Shown piece by piece: positions 8,549 through 19,327 of a stretch of 64,000 nt of DNA. Below the pieces are notes generated by a model that was not told where the DNA came from, ran no database searches, and worked only from the letters and a program-made list of their open reading frames with translations. Each line of letters starts with the position of its first letter. Position 1 is the first letter of the stretch. A program made the translations under genes and the position numbers. Location: the NCBI GenBank assembly GCA_964545165.1, contig CAZJEQ010000003.1:52990-116989 (forward strand), read 5' to 3'. This DNA comes from an uncultured Candidatus Saccharibacteria bacterium (lineage in GTDB: Bacteria; Patescibacteriota; Minisyncoccia; Phycocordibacterales; UBA2100).

Positions 8549-9949
8549 CTACTTGCGTACGTGCGCGCCCCACATCTTTCTCACAAAATGGAGCACCACC
8601 TCCAGCCCGCCGAGACCCAGGAGCAGGAGAAATGGCTCCGCTGGTATACGGTACCGTGTATACGCAATGACGCCGACCAAAATGGCGAGTACGCCGACAA
8701 TCGCACAGAAAAGGAGAACTTCAGGAAGTCGTTGGTCGCGACGCCAGAGTGCGACGAGGACCTGCAGCACGGCACCGGAACACACAAGCAACCAGAGTAT
8801 TCGTTCACCGGTAGTAAACGGGTGCGCAGCTAGTATGCCAATGACCGCGCCCACGTCGCCCGCGATCACCAGCCCCGAAAGACTCACCGCTGGCTCGCTT
8901 TCTTTCTGAAGGAGCGACATATTGACCAGCTCGCGCCCAGTGTCTGCAATGCTGCTGCCAATAAAGAGCGGTATGGTCTTTACGATATGAAAGAACGCGT
9001 ACGACGGAATGTGTCCGCCGATATACTCGTCGATGATCGCTGCTTCCTGTGCTTTATACGAGAACGACCGCAACACCCTCGTATCGCTCGTGCCCAGTCG
9101 CGCAAACAACTCATCTCGAAACGCATCCTTCGGTACGCCCTGCACCTCATGTTGATATTCGACCACATTATAAAAGAGCATGTTGTAGGTCGGTGCTGAG
9201 GTAAACGCGTACGAGCCACCCAAGTGGCCATTGCGTACGAGCCACGGGCCCGCGACCAAAAGCAGCCCGAGCATGAGGGCACCGCTTCCCCACAGACAGG
9301 CGACTCCGCTTTTTCTATGACGCCACAGGTAGTACGCCAGCATCAGTGGCAAGAGAAATTGTCCGACCGGGCGCGTCAGCGTCACAGCGCCAATGAGCAA
9401 TCCGATCATCAGTGCATGACGCAGCGACGGTGCGCCCCGCTCCGGCATGATCAAGATGTACACGCACACGACCAAGAGGAAGACGAAGAGTGATTCAGAG
9501 AGAACGGTGAGCGAGTGCAACATCACCGTCGGGTCGAAGGCGAAGATGAGCGCCGCCGCAACGCCCACGACGCGCGAGAAGAAGCGTACACCAAGCCGGT
9601 AGATGAGGATGCTCGTCGTGGCAATGAGTGCTATCTGCGCGAGTGCGACCACAATCACCGAATGAAAGATCGCTAGTATGATCGCGACAAATACTGGATA
9701 GCCGGGGATCCGAAAGAATTCTGGCGGGCCGTCGGGCGTGAGGACGAAGCGATGCTCAGAGAGCATCATCTGAGCGAGGGTGTAGTAATCATGCGCATCG
9801 CCCGTCGCGAGAAGTATCTCGGGTGAGATGCCTTTTCCCGCGCCCGTGATGAGCGCCCAGATCAGGACGCCCGTGTACACGACACACACTACGGCGGCGA
9901 TACCGACGTCGAGCCAATGCTGCGAGAGGTGTGCACGTAGCCGCTCCAT
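8549..9949 (-). CDS. GT39/GT83 (ArnT/PMT-like) membrane glycosyltransferase
   Basis: 466 aa, polytopic, with the N-terminal architecture typical of the ArnT/PMT family. Confidence 0.7.
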   Translation of the reverse strand: MERLRAHLSQHWLDVGIAAVVCVVYTGVLIWALITGAGKGISPEILLATGDAHDYYTLAQMMLSEHRFVLTPDGPPEFFRIPGYPVFVAIILAIFHSVIVVALAQIALIATTSILIYRLGVRFFSRVVGVAAALIFAFDPTVMLHSLTVLSESLFVFLLVVCVYILIMPERGAPSLRHALMIGLLIGAVTLTRPVGQFLLPLMLAYYLWRHRKSGVACLWGSGALMLGLLLVAGPWLVRNGHLGGSYAFTSAPTYNMLFYNVVEYQHEVQGVPKDAFRDELFARLGTSDTRVLRSFSYKAQEAAIIDEYIGGHIPSYAFFHIVKTIPLFIGSSIADTGRELVNMSLLQKESEPAVSLSGLVIAGDVGAVIGILAAHPFTTGERILWLLVCSGAVLQVLVALWRRDQRLPEVLLFCAIVGVLAILVGVIAYTRYRIPAEPFLLLLGLGGLEVVLHFVRKMWGAHVRK

Positions 9950-9957
9950 GAAGACGT

Positions 9958-11772
9958 TTATGCTTTGTGCCCAGCTTGCAGGGCGCGCATACGAGAAAGG
10001 TAGGACTCGGGATCAGCCAACATCGCCTGCGCTGGAGCGTGCTCTTTGATACACCCCTCTTCAATGACAACAATTTCGTCGGCATCGACGACAGTGGAGA
10101 TACGATGCGCAATAACCACAAGTGTCACTGAGCCGCGCAATCCTGCGATCACCGATGTAATCTGCTGCTCCAATTCAGAATCGAGCGTACTCGTGACCTC
10201 ATCAAGTACCAGAACTTGAGGGCTTCTTGCAAGTGCGCGTGCAATGGCGAGCCGTTGACGCTCGCCCCCTGAGAGCGTAGCACCCCTGTCTCCTAAGACA
10301 GTATCGAAACCTTCCGGTAGGCGCATGATGACATCGTGCACATGGGCCTGTTGTGCTGCTCGCTCGATATCAGCGTCAGAAACGTTGTTGTTAAAGAAGC
10401 GAATGTTGTCGCGGATCGACGCATGCATCAGAAATGCATCCTGTGATACATAGCTGACAGCACTGCGCCACTGCGAAAGACCTACGGTATTCGCAGGCCT
10501 CCCATCGATGAGTAATTTCCCACTTGACGGTTCAAAAAGGCGAAGTAGCACGTCTGCGATTGAAGTTTTACCGCTGCCCGAAGGGCCGACGATACCAATC
10601 ATAGAGCCGCGCGGGATACGCAGAGATACTCCCGCGAGCGCTTTCCGGTCAGCACCCATATACGCAAGTGAAACGTTGGAAAATTCAATGGCCTCATTGA
10701 AAGAAAATGCGTCACCGTCGCGCCTATCTTCTTCCCTGTGCATCGCAAGCTCCTTTTTGAAACTCACGACATTCTCGGCAAACGGAACAAATTCCACGAT
10801 GGAGAAAAACGCTCCTTGAGTCGACTCCAAATAGACAAAGATCTTTTGTACAAGATAGATCGTAGCGGCAAAAGAAGCGAGATTAAATGACGCGCTGGTA
10901 TAGCTGATTGCAAACAGCACCATCACGAATACAAAACTAGCTGGCTGAATAAACACTGAACTCAGGAGCTTCACCACAGAGGCACGCTGTGCCGTGTCGC
11001 GCAGAAGCGTAATTTCTTCTTGCGAAGCATGCGCCACCTTCTCCACCGTCGCAGATGCTTTAATCGATTTAAAACCCTGCATATACTCGCCAATTCGATG
11101 GGAAAAGGTCTTTTCAGCTTGCGCAGTCTGCCTGCCGAGCACGCGCGCACGCATGATCAGCGGCCGAAGCGTTAAGAGAAGCGTGGTTCCTACGCCTAGT
11201 GTGATCAACGTAACGAGCGGAGAAATATTGACCGCTACGACCAAATAAATTACCGCCCCTGTAGAAGACTGCAGAAATTGCACAACAGAGTCGAGCAATT
11301 GCGTTGTTCGCTTGGCGTCCCAAAAAATCGTATTTTGCAGATGCCCCGCTTTCTGGCCCACTACAAAACCCCATGATGTATCTAAAGTACCTCGCAGGAG
11401 CGTACCGATTTCGCGCGCAAAGAAACTGGTACTAATGCGCGTGCGGATCAATGTAAAGCAGGCAAGAGCGATTGCTCTACTGAAAATCAGCAGCATTACA
11501 AATATGAGCAGGTATCGAAATTTATATTCGATACCTATGAGGGCAAAGAGTCCCTGAATGGTCTTCGAGACGACATCTGTCGGATTCCCTTCCCCGATCA
11601 AAAATGACAGCAACGGCACGATTGCATTGATGCTGAGGGCATCGAGAATCGCACTAAAAATCGCCACGCCACCGAGCACCCACAGGTGCACTCGGTAATC
11701 GCGGAAATTCTCTCGGAGCACGGAAAACATGCCACGCGGTACCTCGGGTAATAGATTAGTTCGTATCTGCAT
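9958..11772 (-). CDS. ABC exporter, fused permease/ATPase (MsbA-like)
   Basis: Six-TM N-terminal domain. The C-terminal NBD carries a Walker A, the signature LSGGERQRLAIARAL, and Walker B LVLDEVTS. Confidence 0.85.
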   Translation of the reverse strand: MQIRTNLLPEVPRGMFSVLRENFRDYRVHLWVLGGVAIFSAILDALSINAIVPLLSFLIGEGNPTDVVSKTIQGLFALIGIEYKFRYLLIFVMLLIFSRAIALACFTLIRTRISTSFFAREIGTLLRGTLDTSWGFVVGQKAGHLQNTIFWDAKRTTQLLDSVVQFLQSSTGAVIYLVVAVNISPLVTLITLGVGTTLLLTLRPLIMRARVLGRQTAQAEKTFSHRIGEYMQGFKSIKASATVEKVAHASQEEITLLRDTAQRASVVKLLSSVFIQPASFVFVMVLFAISYTSASFNLASFAATIYLVQKIFVYLESTQGAFFSIVEFVPFAENVVSFKKELAMHREEDRRDGDAFSFNEAIEFSNVSLAYMGADRKALAGVSLRIPRGSMIGIVGPSGSGKTSIADVLLRLFEPSSGKLLIDGRPANTVGLSQWRSAVSYVSQDAFLMHASIRDNIRFFNNNVSDADIERAAQQAHVHDVIMRLPEGFDTVLGDRGATLSGGERQRLAIARALARSPQVLVLDEVTSTLDSELEQQITSVIAGLRGSVTLVVIAHRISTVVDADEIVVIEEGCIKEHAPAQAMLADPESYLSRMRALQAGHKA

Positions 11773-11795
11773 AGATGCTCTGGAGGTGCTGTCTG

Positions 11796-12551
11796 TTATG
11801 TCACAAGAGGCTCTCGCTGTCGAATGTCGGCGTTGACCGCGACGATGTCGGGCCTCGTCTTCAGAAATTGTACGACATCCTCAGCGGAAAAATCGGCGTT
11901 GCGCGGATAAAGCGCTTCGTAGATCATGGAAATCACTTCGTAATCCTCCGGCGTGTCGAGTGTAAGCCGCAATGTGGGCCACCGCATATCTCCACGCGCC
12001 TCCCAGTTCTCGAGTTTGAAAAGCTGAGGATGAGAGCGAATCGAGTAGCCCGCATGCTCACGATAGGCGGCCTCAGTATCTTCTGCAGCTGCACGTTTGA
12101 GGCTCGAAAATTTATAGCACCGCACATCAAAACCGACGGGAAATGTCGCAACAAATTCGTTGCTGGCACAATCCGCATCGCGCCCATCAAGCAGCTCTAT
12201 CGCAGTATCGAGCAATCTCCAATCAACAAGTGGCGAGTCTGCCATACCCTGCACCAACACCTCAGCTCCGTATGTCTCTCCCGCCCCTACAACGCGACTC
12301 AATACATCGTCCTCGCTCCCGCGAACATACGCACAGCCCATGGCCTCGCACAGTGCGACGACACTATCATCGGCAGCGTTGGTCGTCGTCGCAACCACGA
12401 CCTCATCTGTATATCGACTGCGTCGATGGCGCTCGATCATGTGTGCCATTACTGGCTTCTGACAGAGGGGCATCATGATTTTGCCCGGAAGTCGGGTCGA
12501 TGTCATGCGCCCTTCAATGGTCGCCACGACTCGTTTGCCGCTAATTGCCAT
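11796..12551 (-). CDS. Acylneuraminate/nonulosonate cytidylyltransferase (NeuA/SpsF/PseF-like)
   Basis: MAISGKRVVATIEGRMTSTRLPGKIMMPL matches the CTP_transf_3 N-terminus. The start is set at internal M114 of tracked ORF 11796..12890, which removes the overlap with the upstream aminotransferase. Confidence 0.75.
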   Translation of the reverse strand: MAISGKRVVATIEGRMTSTRLPGKIMMPLCQKPVMAHMIERHRRSRYTDEVVVATTTNAADDSVVALCEAMGCAYVRGSEDDVLSRVVGAGETYGAEVLVQGMADSPLVDWRLLDTAIELLDGRDADCASNEFVATFPVGFDVRCYKFSSLKRAAAEDTEAAYREHAGYSIRSHPQLFKLENWEARGDMRWPTLRLTLDTPEDYEVISMIYEALYPRNADFSAEDVVQFLKTRPDIVAVNADIRQREPLVT

Positions 12552-13761
12552 AAAACGCAATCGTCTTTTTGAGAATCTCCGCCTGCTGCTCCGCACGCTC
12601 CCACTCCCAGTAGTTTGTTTTGAATGCCAGAATTTGCTTCTGCACCCGCTCAGCAACTGGACACAAGCCCTCCTGGAATTTTTGCATCGTACCGCTGTAG
12701 GTCTTTTCGAAAACACGTTCTTTGCCGCCGAAATTGATACTCGCCTCCTGATACATAGGCTCTTGGTATGAAAGCCGCCACGCGGCATAAATACCATCAC
12801 CGCCGAATTCGATAAACTTCTGGCGAAAATCGGTCCAAGCGAGACGCGGATGCACGAGCCGCACGGCGAATGACCAGTAGGAGTGTCCACAATGTGCTGG
12901 CGCGACCTGTGGCTTCAACCACGAGCATGCACCGATTGTCGCGGTCAAGAGATTCGCGACATCGATACGTCGCTGCACGAGCTCATCGAGATGCTCGAGT
13001 TGTCCCAGTGCAACCGCCGCGCAGAGCTCCGACATGCGGTAGTTGTAGCCCATTTGTGAATGGCGCGCGTAATTCGGATTTTGTATATCATCCTTCGTAA
13101 TGATGCCCTTTGCACGTGATACGCTCCGATACCCGAGTACGGAAAACCGGCGCACGTCATCTGCCATATCAGCATCGTTCGTACAGACGACTCCTCCCTC
13201 ACCTGCTGTCATGTGCTTCGTAGACTGCAAGCTAAAGCTCGACAGGTGACCGATTGAACCAACCATGCGCCCCTTGTAGGTACCGAGAAAACACTCCGCA
13301 GTGTCTTCAATGACCTTGATGCCATGCTTTTCAGCAATCGCCATAATCTCATCCATTTCAGGCGCAAGACCGTAGAGCGCGACCGGCATGATTGCCTTGG
13401 TCCGCGGTGTAATCAACTTCTCTATCGACTTCGGGTCTATCTGAAAGGTATCCTCGACAACGTCCGCGAAAACCGGTACCGCATCCGCGTGCATGATGGA
13501 CATACACGTTGAGGCCATCGTCAACGGTGTGGTAATCACTTCATCACCAGGGCGCACGCCCGCAGCATAAAGCGCCGAGTGCAGTGTTGCAGTGCCGTTG
13601 GTATGCGCTATCGCGTAGCCCACCTGAAATTTCTGAGCAAAGGCCGCTTCAAACCTGCCAAGCATTCTGCTCGGGCGGGAATTAGAGAAATCCGATGCCA
13701 GCACTTCTTCGACATAGGCTCGCTCCCTCTCACCGATACGCTGTATGCGAGCGGTATTCAT
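12541..13761 (-). CDS. DegT/DnrJ/EryC1/StrS-family PLP-dependent sugar aminotransferase (PseC-like)
   Basis: 406 aa, family-typical throughout. Confidence 0.85.
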   Translation of the reverse strand: MNTARIQRIGERERAYVEEVLASDFSNSRPSRMLGRFEAAFAQKFQVGYAIAHTNGTATLHSALYAAGVRPGDEVITTPLTMASTCMSIMHADAVPVFADVVEDTFQIDPKSIEKLITPRTKAIMPVALYGLAPEMDEIMAIAEKHGIKVIEDTAECFLGTYKGRMVGSIGHLSSFSLQSTKHMTAGEGGVVCTNDADMADDVRRFSVLGYRSVSRAKGIITKDDIQNPNYARHSQMGYNYRMSELCAAVALGQLEHLDELVQRRIDVANLLTATIGACSWLKPQVAPAHCGHSYWSFAVRLVHPRLAWTDFRQKFIEFGGDGIYAAWRLSYQEPMYQEASINFGGKERVFEKTYSGTMQKFQEGLCPVAERVQKQILAFKTNYWEWERAEQQAEILKKTIAFYGN

Positions 13762-13839
13762 GTGGTCACGATATCACACGGCATCTGCATAAAAAAGAGT
13801 CGCACCACGCGCTGCATCTACAACATGGAATGAGACAGC

Positions 13840-14421
13840 TCAATAGCGTAGTTCGGGGGCCGCACTGTATCCGGGACGGAGCGCGAGATGGCGGTGTACA
13901 TTAAAGCCGTTTTTATTCACGCCAACGGGATCCTCATAGCGCCCGACGTAGACACGGTCGCCATTATGATCTCGATCTGACGTCCAAAGAAAATCATGTT
14001 TCCACAGGATTTCTTTATGGAGCGCATGCCAGGCGAAAAAAGTCAGGGCACAGGTAACGGCGCTCGGGAATCGTTCGTTTAATAGCGCGAATTCAATATC
14101 TGCGGGATCTTTTGCGCGCGCATCCTCAAGGACATCTTTACGCACGAGATGCCATTTTCCATCCGGTGGAGTATTTGCAAAATCTTCCTTGAGATACCAA
14201 TCTTGATTGTACATGCACGGCTCTTGTGTCGACGGATCCACCCCGAAGATGTCCCTCATCGAGACCAGCGTCAGCTGCGTAAGTGACGGAGTATAGATCA
14301 AAATATGAGTTGATTCATGCTGGGCTATAGTCTCCGTGGAAAAGGGACTCTCGGGTGCGATGATCACTTCTCCCGCGAGAGCGGGAAGCACGTGTAACTC
14401 CTCTGGACCGATGATATTCAT
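13840..14421 (-). CDS. Hypothetical protein
   Basis: 193 aa with a protein-like composition, in an operonic position. I did not recognise a domain. Confidence 0.45.
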   Translation of the reverse strand: MNIIGPEELHVLPALAGEVIIAPESPFSTETIAQHESTHILIYTPSLTQLTLVSMRDIFGVDPSTQEPCMYNQDWYLKEDFANTPPDGKWHLVRKDVLEDARAKDPADIEFALLNERFPSAVTCALTFFAWHALHKEILWKHDFLWTSDRDHNGDRVYVGRYEDPVGVNKNGFNVHRHLALRPGYSAAPELRY

Positions 14422-14987
14422 AGCACTGAGAGGTATGCAATGCCCTCTTCATACGAGGCGACATCGCCTTTTTGCTGATATAGCTCAATCCTATCAAACT
14501 CCTGTGGCAGCCGTGATCGACGCGTGCCCCACGGCAGCACTTCATCCATCGAAAGCGGCGCGGGAGCATTGATCAGCCTGAGGGTCAGCGATGCATCATG
14601 CATGGCTTTCACAAATGTGAGGTACGCACGCCATTGATGATGCGGCGACGTCACGATCAAGAGCGCCTTCCAGCCTTCTTGCTGTGCGAGCTGCATAGCA
14701 CGCTCTGCTTCAGCGCGAGTATGGGGTGCGACTTCTTCAAAATAGAGTGCTGCATCCGGGAGTCCGAGCTCCAGCATCTTGCTGCGTACTTCGCGCGACG
14801 GGTAACTTCCGTAGGAGCGATCGTCCGCACTCCCAACGAGCGCAACCCGGGGCGCTAATCCTTGCCGAAATAGATCGACCGCATGGGGTGCTCGGAAAAG
14901 CCCATCACCTTGAAGCAAGAAAATAACATCACCTGCGCGCACGGGCTGCTGCTGCAAAAGCGATACAAACGTATCCTTCGGACTCAT
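14418..14987 (-). CDS. DUF218 (YdcF/SanA/ElyC-like) domain protein
   Basis: VIFLLQGDG...RVALVGSADD...LIVTSPHHQWRA matches DUF218 motifs. Confidence 0.6.
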   Translation of the reverse strand: MSPKDTFVSLLQQQPVRAGDVIFLLQGDGLFRAPHAVDLFRQGLAPRVALVGSADDRSYGSYPSREVRSKMLELGLPDAALYFEEVAPHTRAEAERAMQLAQQEGWKALLIVTSPHHQWRAYLTFVKAMHDASLTLRLINAPAPLSMDEVLPWGTRRSRLPQEFDRIELYQQKGDVASYEEGIAYLSVL

Positions 14988-16075
14988 GCAATATCTTCCC
15001 AGCGGATTGGGTCTCCGCTTTTCAGAGCACGCTTGACGCGTTTGCCCACGAGTGTCTGTTTATACTTGGGATAGATGCCGAGTGCCGGACGAAGCTCTAT
15101 CATATCGGCAACTTCGATGATCGTATTCGCCGCGATGTCACGGGCAGCGGTGAGACCGCGTCGCTGCACGATGACGGTCTCGGATTCTTCCGCGACTACG
15201 TCTTTCTTCCCGGTTCCCATTGCCGCCTCCAGATTGCGTGTACGCTCGATCATTCGTGCAAACTCGTGAGGTTCCATGGAGTGCGGATGATCTGGTCCCT
15301 TGAGCGTGCGGTCGAGCGTAAAATGCTTCTCTATGACTCGAGCGCCCCGTGTTACAGCACCGAGCGGCACCACGTCATCCGGTGTGTGGTCCGAATAGCC
15401 GAGAATGGCACCGAAGGCCTCTCGGTACGTATTGAGCACATTAATATTGGCACTCTCAAACTTCGAAGGATAATTCGTAATGCATTGCATGAGAACGAGA
15501 TCTTTGTTGCCCGTCTTCTCTATGGTGCGTACTGCCTCATCCACTTCGGCGAGCGTGGAGGCGCCAGTTGCCAACATAACGGGCTTCCCCTTCCGAGCAA
15601 CATACTCGATCATTTCGAGCCACGTGATGTCGCCTGAGCCGATTTTATAGAACTCAATACCAATCTCATCAACAAGGTCAACCGCCTCGTAGTCATACGC
15701 AGCGGTCGAAGGTGTGATGCCAATTTCCCAGCAGTATTCGAAAAATGCCTTATGCCAGTCGCGTGGGAATTCTACTTCAGCAAACACCTCATCGACCGGG
15801 CGCTTCCATGAGCCATGCACCCCCTTAAGATCCATGGTCGCAAATGCTTCGCGAGAAACAATCTTCTTAGCTTTGAAGCTCTGAATCTTGGCACAGTCTG
15901 CACCGACGCGCTTCGCCTCGCGCGCGTATTCTTTTGCTTTTTCAAGATTGCCATCAAAATTCGCACCGATCTCGGCGATAAAGTACGTCGGTGCCCCCTC
16001 GCCAATGGTTTTTGATCCAACCGAAATTTGTTGTGCAAATCCCGTGTCGTGTGGCTTATTATTCATGCGTTTCAA
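14984..16075 (-). CDS. Nonulosonic acid synthase (NeuB/PseI/LegI family)
   Basis: PTYFIAEIGANFDGNLEKAKEYAREAKRVGADCAKIQSF matches the NeuB family. Confidence 0.85.
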   Translation of the reverse strand: MKRMNNKPHDTGFAQQISVGSKTIGEGAPTYFIAEIGANFDGNLEKAKEYAREAKRVGADCAKIQSFKAKKIVSREAFATMDLKGVHGSWKRPVDEVFAEVEFPRDWHKAFFEYCWEIGITPSTAAYDYEAVDLVDEIGIEFYKIGSGDITWLEMIEYVARKGKPVMLATGASTLAEVDEAVRTIEKTGNKDLVLMQCITNYPSKFESANINVLNTYREAFGAILGYSDHTPDDVVPLGAVTRGARVIEKHFTLDRTLKGPDHPHSMEPHEFARMIERTRNLEAAMGTGKKDVVAEESETVIVQRRGLTAARDIAANTIIEVADMIELRPALGIYPKYKQTLVGKRVKRALKSGDPIRWEDIA

Positions 16076-17057
16076 GCGTCGCCAAGAGCTTCCTCATGTC
16101 CTTTTCGGAGAGGATTTGTTCGTTAGTATCACTGTAATATTCAAACCCTTCAGGCAATTTCTTCGCACCCGCGTATTTTTTCATGTCGTAATTGATCTCT
16201 TGCAGTGATGGTGAAAAGACAACATATCGATCACTCATTTCATACGCAATTCGTCCTTCTTCTTTCGTAACTAAGCACTCATGCAATTTCTCTCCCGGTC
16301 GAATACCAACAATTCGACACGTGGCCTCAGGCGCGATGGTTTTGGCAAGATCAACTAATTTCATAGAGGGAATCTTTGGTACGAACATTTCGCCGCCCTG
16401 CATAATCTCAAGACTCGTGAGTACCAGGTCCACGGCATCTGAGAGTGTGATCCAGAAGCGCGTCATACGCTCATCTGTAATCGTCAGCTCCCCCTTCGCC
16501 TTCTGCATTTGGAAAAGTGGAATCACGGAGCCGCGACTTCCCATGACATTACCGTACCGCACGACGGAGAACGCAGTCTGACGATGCCCACGATAACTAT
16601 TAGATTGCACAAAGAGTCTATCGGAACAGAGTTTTGTGGCGCCATACAGATTCACCGGGCTCGCCGCCTTGTCGGTAGAAAGTGCAATAACACGTGGGAT
16701 GTTATTGTCGAGCGCGGCATTGATAACATTCATTGCGCCGTCAACATTGGTCTTGATCGCTTCCATCGGATTGTATTCGCAGGCAGGCACCTGCTTCATT
16801 GCAGCGGCGTGGATGATGATGTCGACACCTTCGCTCGCGCGACGCACTCGTGCTGCGTCGCGCACATCACCAACAAGAAAACGCAGCTTTGGTGAATCAT
16901 TGAATTCACGCTGCATATTCCACTGTTTCAACTCGTCGCGACTGAACACGCGAATCACTTTTGGATTGTGCTCTTCGAGGAGTTTCTTGACGCACGCACG
17001 ACCAAATGATCCCGTGCCTCCAGTAATTAGGATGGTTTTACCATCAACAATCGACAT
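16059..17057 (-). CDS. UDP-GlcNAc 4,6-dehydratase (PseB/CapD-like extended SDR)
   Basis: KTILITGGTGSFGRACVKKLL... The length and motifs fit PseB/FlaA1. Confidence 0.8.
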   Translation of the reverse strand: MSIVDGKTILITGGTGSFGRACVKKLLEEHNPKVIRVFSRDELKQWNMQREFNDSPKLRFLVGDVRDAARVRRASEGVDIIIHAAAMKQVPACEYNPMEAIKTNVDGAMNVINAALDNNIPRVIALSTDKAASPVNLYGATKLCSDRLFVQSNSYRGHRQTAFSVVRYGNVMGSRGSVIPLFQMQKAKGELTITDERMTRFWITLSDAVDLVLTSLEIMQGGEMFVPKIPSMKLVDLAKTIAPEATCRIVGIRPGEKLHECLVTKEEGRIAYEMSDRYVVFSPSLQEINYDMKKYAGAKKLPEGFEYYSDTNEQILSEKDMRKLLATLETHE

Positions 17058-17113
17058 ACCGCGCGACTATACCACGCGATAGACTACCTGGGAACAGGTG
17101 CTGCATGTGTGCA

Positions 17114-17929
17114 TCATGCCGTCGCAGAGAGTCCCGAGATAACCGGGGGTATCTCATGGGTGAGGTCGCCTCGTATATATGCGTCTACCATATCGTTATT
17201 GAAGAGATCATAGATGACCCTGAGATGCTCGGGTCGAAAGTCTGCCTCTCGATAGAGTCGGCCCGCAGAACGCTGCTCATGAGCCTCGAAACTCCCGTCG
17301 AGTACGCGCTTCTTCAAAAGCGCCACCATGTCACGGCTCGATTGGACAACGGTCTTACACGCCACATCGTGAATACCGTCACCGGCTTCCAGGACAGGCA
17401 GTGATTGATGGATGATGGCACCCGCGTCCGCTGCAGCGACAATTTGATGAATAGTTGCGCCACAATACTGCGGCTGCATATTATAGAAAGGCCAGAACAG
17501 CGTCGCGGCTCCGCGATACCATGGCGAGAGACCCAGATGCAGATTCACGCGATCACGGGGGAGTGCGGCGAGTACCGGATCCTTGATAAGCATGGTCCCG
17601 AAAATAACGACAACATCTGGTGCGCACGACGTCACGAATGACGCGGTTTCAGCAGTGTTGAGTGAGGCTGGGGTACAGTAACGCACCGGTGTAGAAGTAA
17701 AAACCGACTGAGCGGTACGATCTCCGAAGTACTTCTTCTCCGCAATGACACGGTCCTCAAAATGACGCACGAAATTTTGAAGATCATGCGCAGAGATATT
17801 CGGCGGCGGTGTCGGAGACATGTGCTCGCGCTGCATGCACACTACACCGCACACCTCTACGGCATCGAGAATAGCTTTATGGAAGGCCACGTGCCTCCGG
17901 TGGTCGCCTGAAAAAAGGAGGACTTTCAC
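17114..17929 (-). CDS. Formyltransferase-family protein (Fmt N-domain-like)
   Basis: The motif VNLHLGLSPWYRGAATLFWPFYN resembles the formyl-transferase active-site region. Confidence 0.6.
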   Translation of the reverse strand: MKVLLFSGDHRRHVAFHKAILDAVEVCGVVCMQREHMSPTPPPNISAHDLQNFVRHFEDRVIAEKKYFGDRTAQSVFTSTPVRYCTPASLNTAETASFVTSCAPDVVVIFGTMLIKDPVLAALPRDRVNLHLGLSPWYRGAATLFWPFYNMQPQYCGATIHQIVAAADAGAIIHQSLPVLEAGDGIHDVACKTVVQSSRDMVALLKKRVLDGSFEAHEQRSAGRLYREADFRPEHLRVIYDLFNNDMVDAYIRGDLTHEIPPVISGLSATA

Positions 17930-18016
17930 CTCCGTACTCTATAGCGTGCCGTACATGCGCGCAACATGCCAAAGTGCTAGAATGCTGGTCACATACGGCT
18001 CCAGCCTCGCACCATC

Positions 18017-19324
18017 ATGCACCACGCGCCTGACGCAGCATCGTTCGACCGATTACTGGAAAGACTGTTCCCTATTTGTCGGAGCATCACGGGGAGTGGC
18101 GTGAGAGAGACACTCAAGATACTGAACGAATACATACCTCTCACGATTCACGAAGTCCCGAGCGGCACGAAAGTTTTTGATTGGACCGTCCCGTCAGAGT
18201 GGAATATTGCGGATGCGTATATAAAAAATAGTCGGGGCGAGCGCATCATTGATTTCAAGGCAAACAATCTGCATGTCGTGAATTACAGCACGCCAGTACA
18301 CCAATCAATGACGCTCGCGGAATTGCGCCCACATCTGCATTCTCTGCCGGAGCAACCCGATATTATTCCCTACAAGACCTCCTACTACCATCCAAACTGG
18401 GGCTTTTGTCTTACACACAATCAAGCGCTCGGCCTTACCGATGACACGTACGAAGTTGTCATCGACTCGACGCTCGCGCCGGGCAATCTAACGTACGGGG
18501 AATTGTTTGTGCCCGGAGAAATCGAAGAGACGGTGCTGATTTCTTGTTACGTGTGCCATCCGTCTATGGCTAACGATAATTTAAGCGGTGTGGTACTTTC
18601 TACCTTTCTCGCGCGCGAGATTCTCGCGAAGCCGCGACGCCATTCGTATCGCTTTCTATTTGTCCCCGAAACAATTGGCACGATTACCTGGCTTGCGCGC
18701 AATGAGCAAGCGGTCTCACATATTGCTCACGGACTCGTCGCCACATGCATCGGAGACAAGGGGCCGTTTACCTACAAGAAAAGCCGAAGTGGTAGAGCGC
18801 AGATAGATTTGGTAGCCGCGCAGGCGCTCCGAGAAGCCGGCGTACCTCACTCCATCATTGATTTCGCTCCGACCGGGAGCGATGAGCGGCAGTATTGTTC
18901 GCCGGGATTTGATCTTCCTGTGGGATCCTTGATGCGCACCATGTACGGTCAATTCTCGCAGTACCACACAAGCGCTGACGATCTCTCCTTCGTGCGCGGT
19001 GAATATCTGGTGCAGAGCCTCTCACTATACAACGCCATTGTCTCACTGCTTGAGACGAATGCGCGATTCGAAAGAAATCACCTGTACAAAAATATTAACC
19101 CGAAAGCAGAGCCACAGCTTGGCAAGCGCGGCCTCTACACGGCGATCGGTCCATCCAAAAATGAAGCAGAAAATGAACTCGCGATGTTCTGGGTGCTCAA
19201 TCTCTCTGACGGGACGAATTCGCTGCTCGATATTGCGCTCAGATCTAACATCCCCTTTGAGCGGATCCGAGAGATCGCCGATATTTTGATCGAACATCGT
19301 CTACTTGAAGAAGTCCGCGCGTAA
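18017..19324 (+). CDS. Aminopeptidase-like (M28-fold, DUF4910-type) protein common in polysaccharide loci
   Basis: 435 aa. Recognised from memory only. Confidence 0.4.
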   Translation: MHHAPDAASFDRLLERLFPICRSITGSGVRETLKILNEYIPLTIHEVPSGTKVFDWTVPSEWNIADAYIKNSRGERIIDFKANNLHVVNYSTPVHQSMTLAELRPHLHSLPEQPDIIPYKTSYYHPNWGFCLTHNQALGLTDDTYEVVIDSTLAPGNLTYGELFVPGEIEETVLISCYVCHPSMANDNLSGVVLSTFLAREILAKPRRHSYRFLFVPETIGTITWLARNEQAVSHIAHGLVATCIGDKGPFTYKKSRSGRAQIDLVAAQALREAGVPHSIIDFAPTGSDERQYCSPGFDLPVGSLMRTMYGQFSQYHTSADDLSFVRGEYLVQSLSLYNAIVSLLETNARFERNHLYKNINPKAEPQLGKRGLYTAIGPSKNEAENELAMFWVLNLSDGTNSLLDIALRSNIPFERIREIADILIEHRLLEEVRA

Positions 19325-19327
19325 TCG

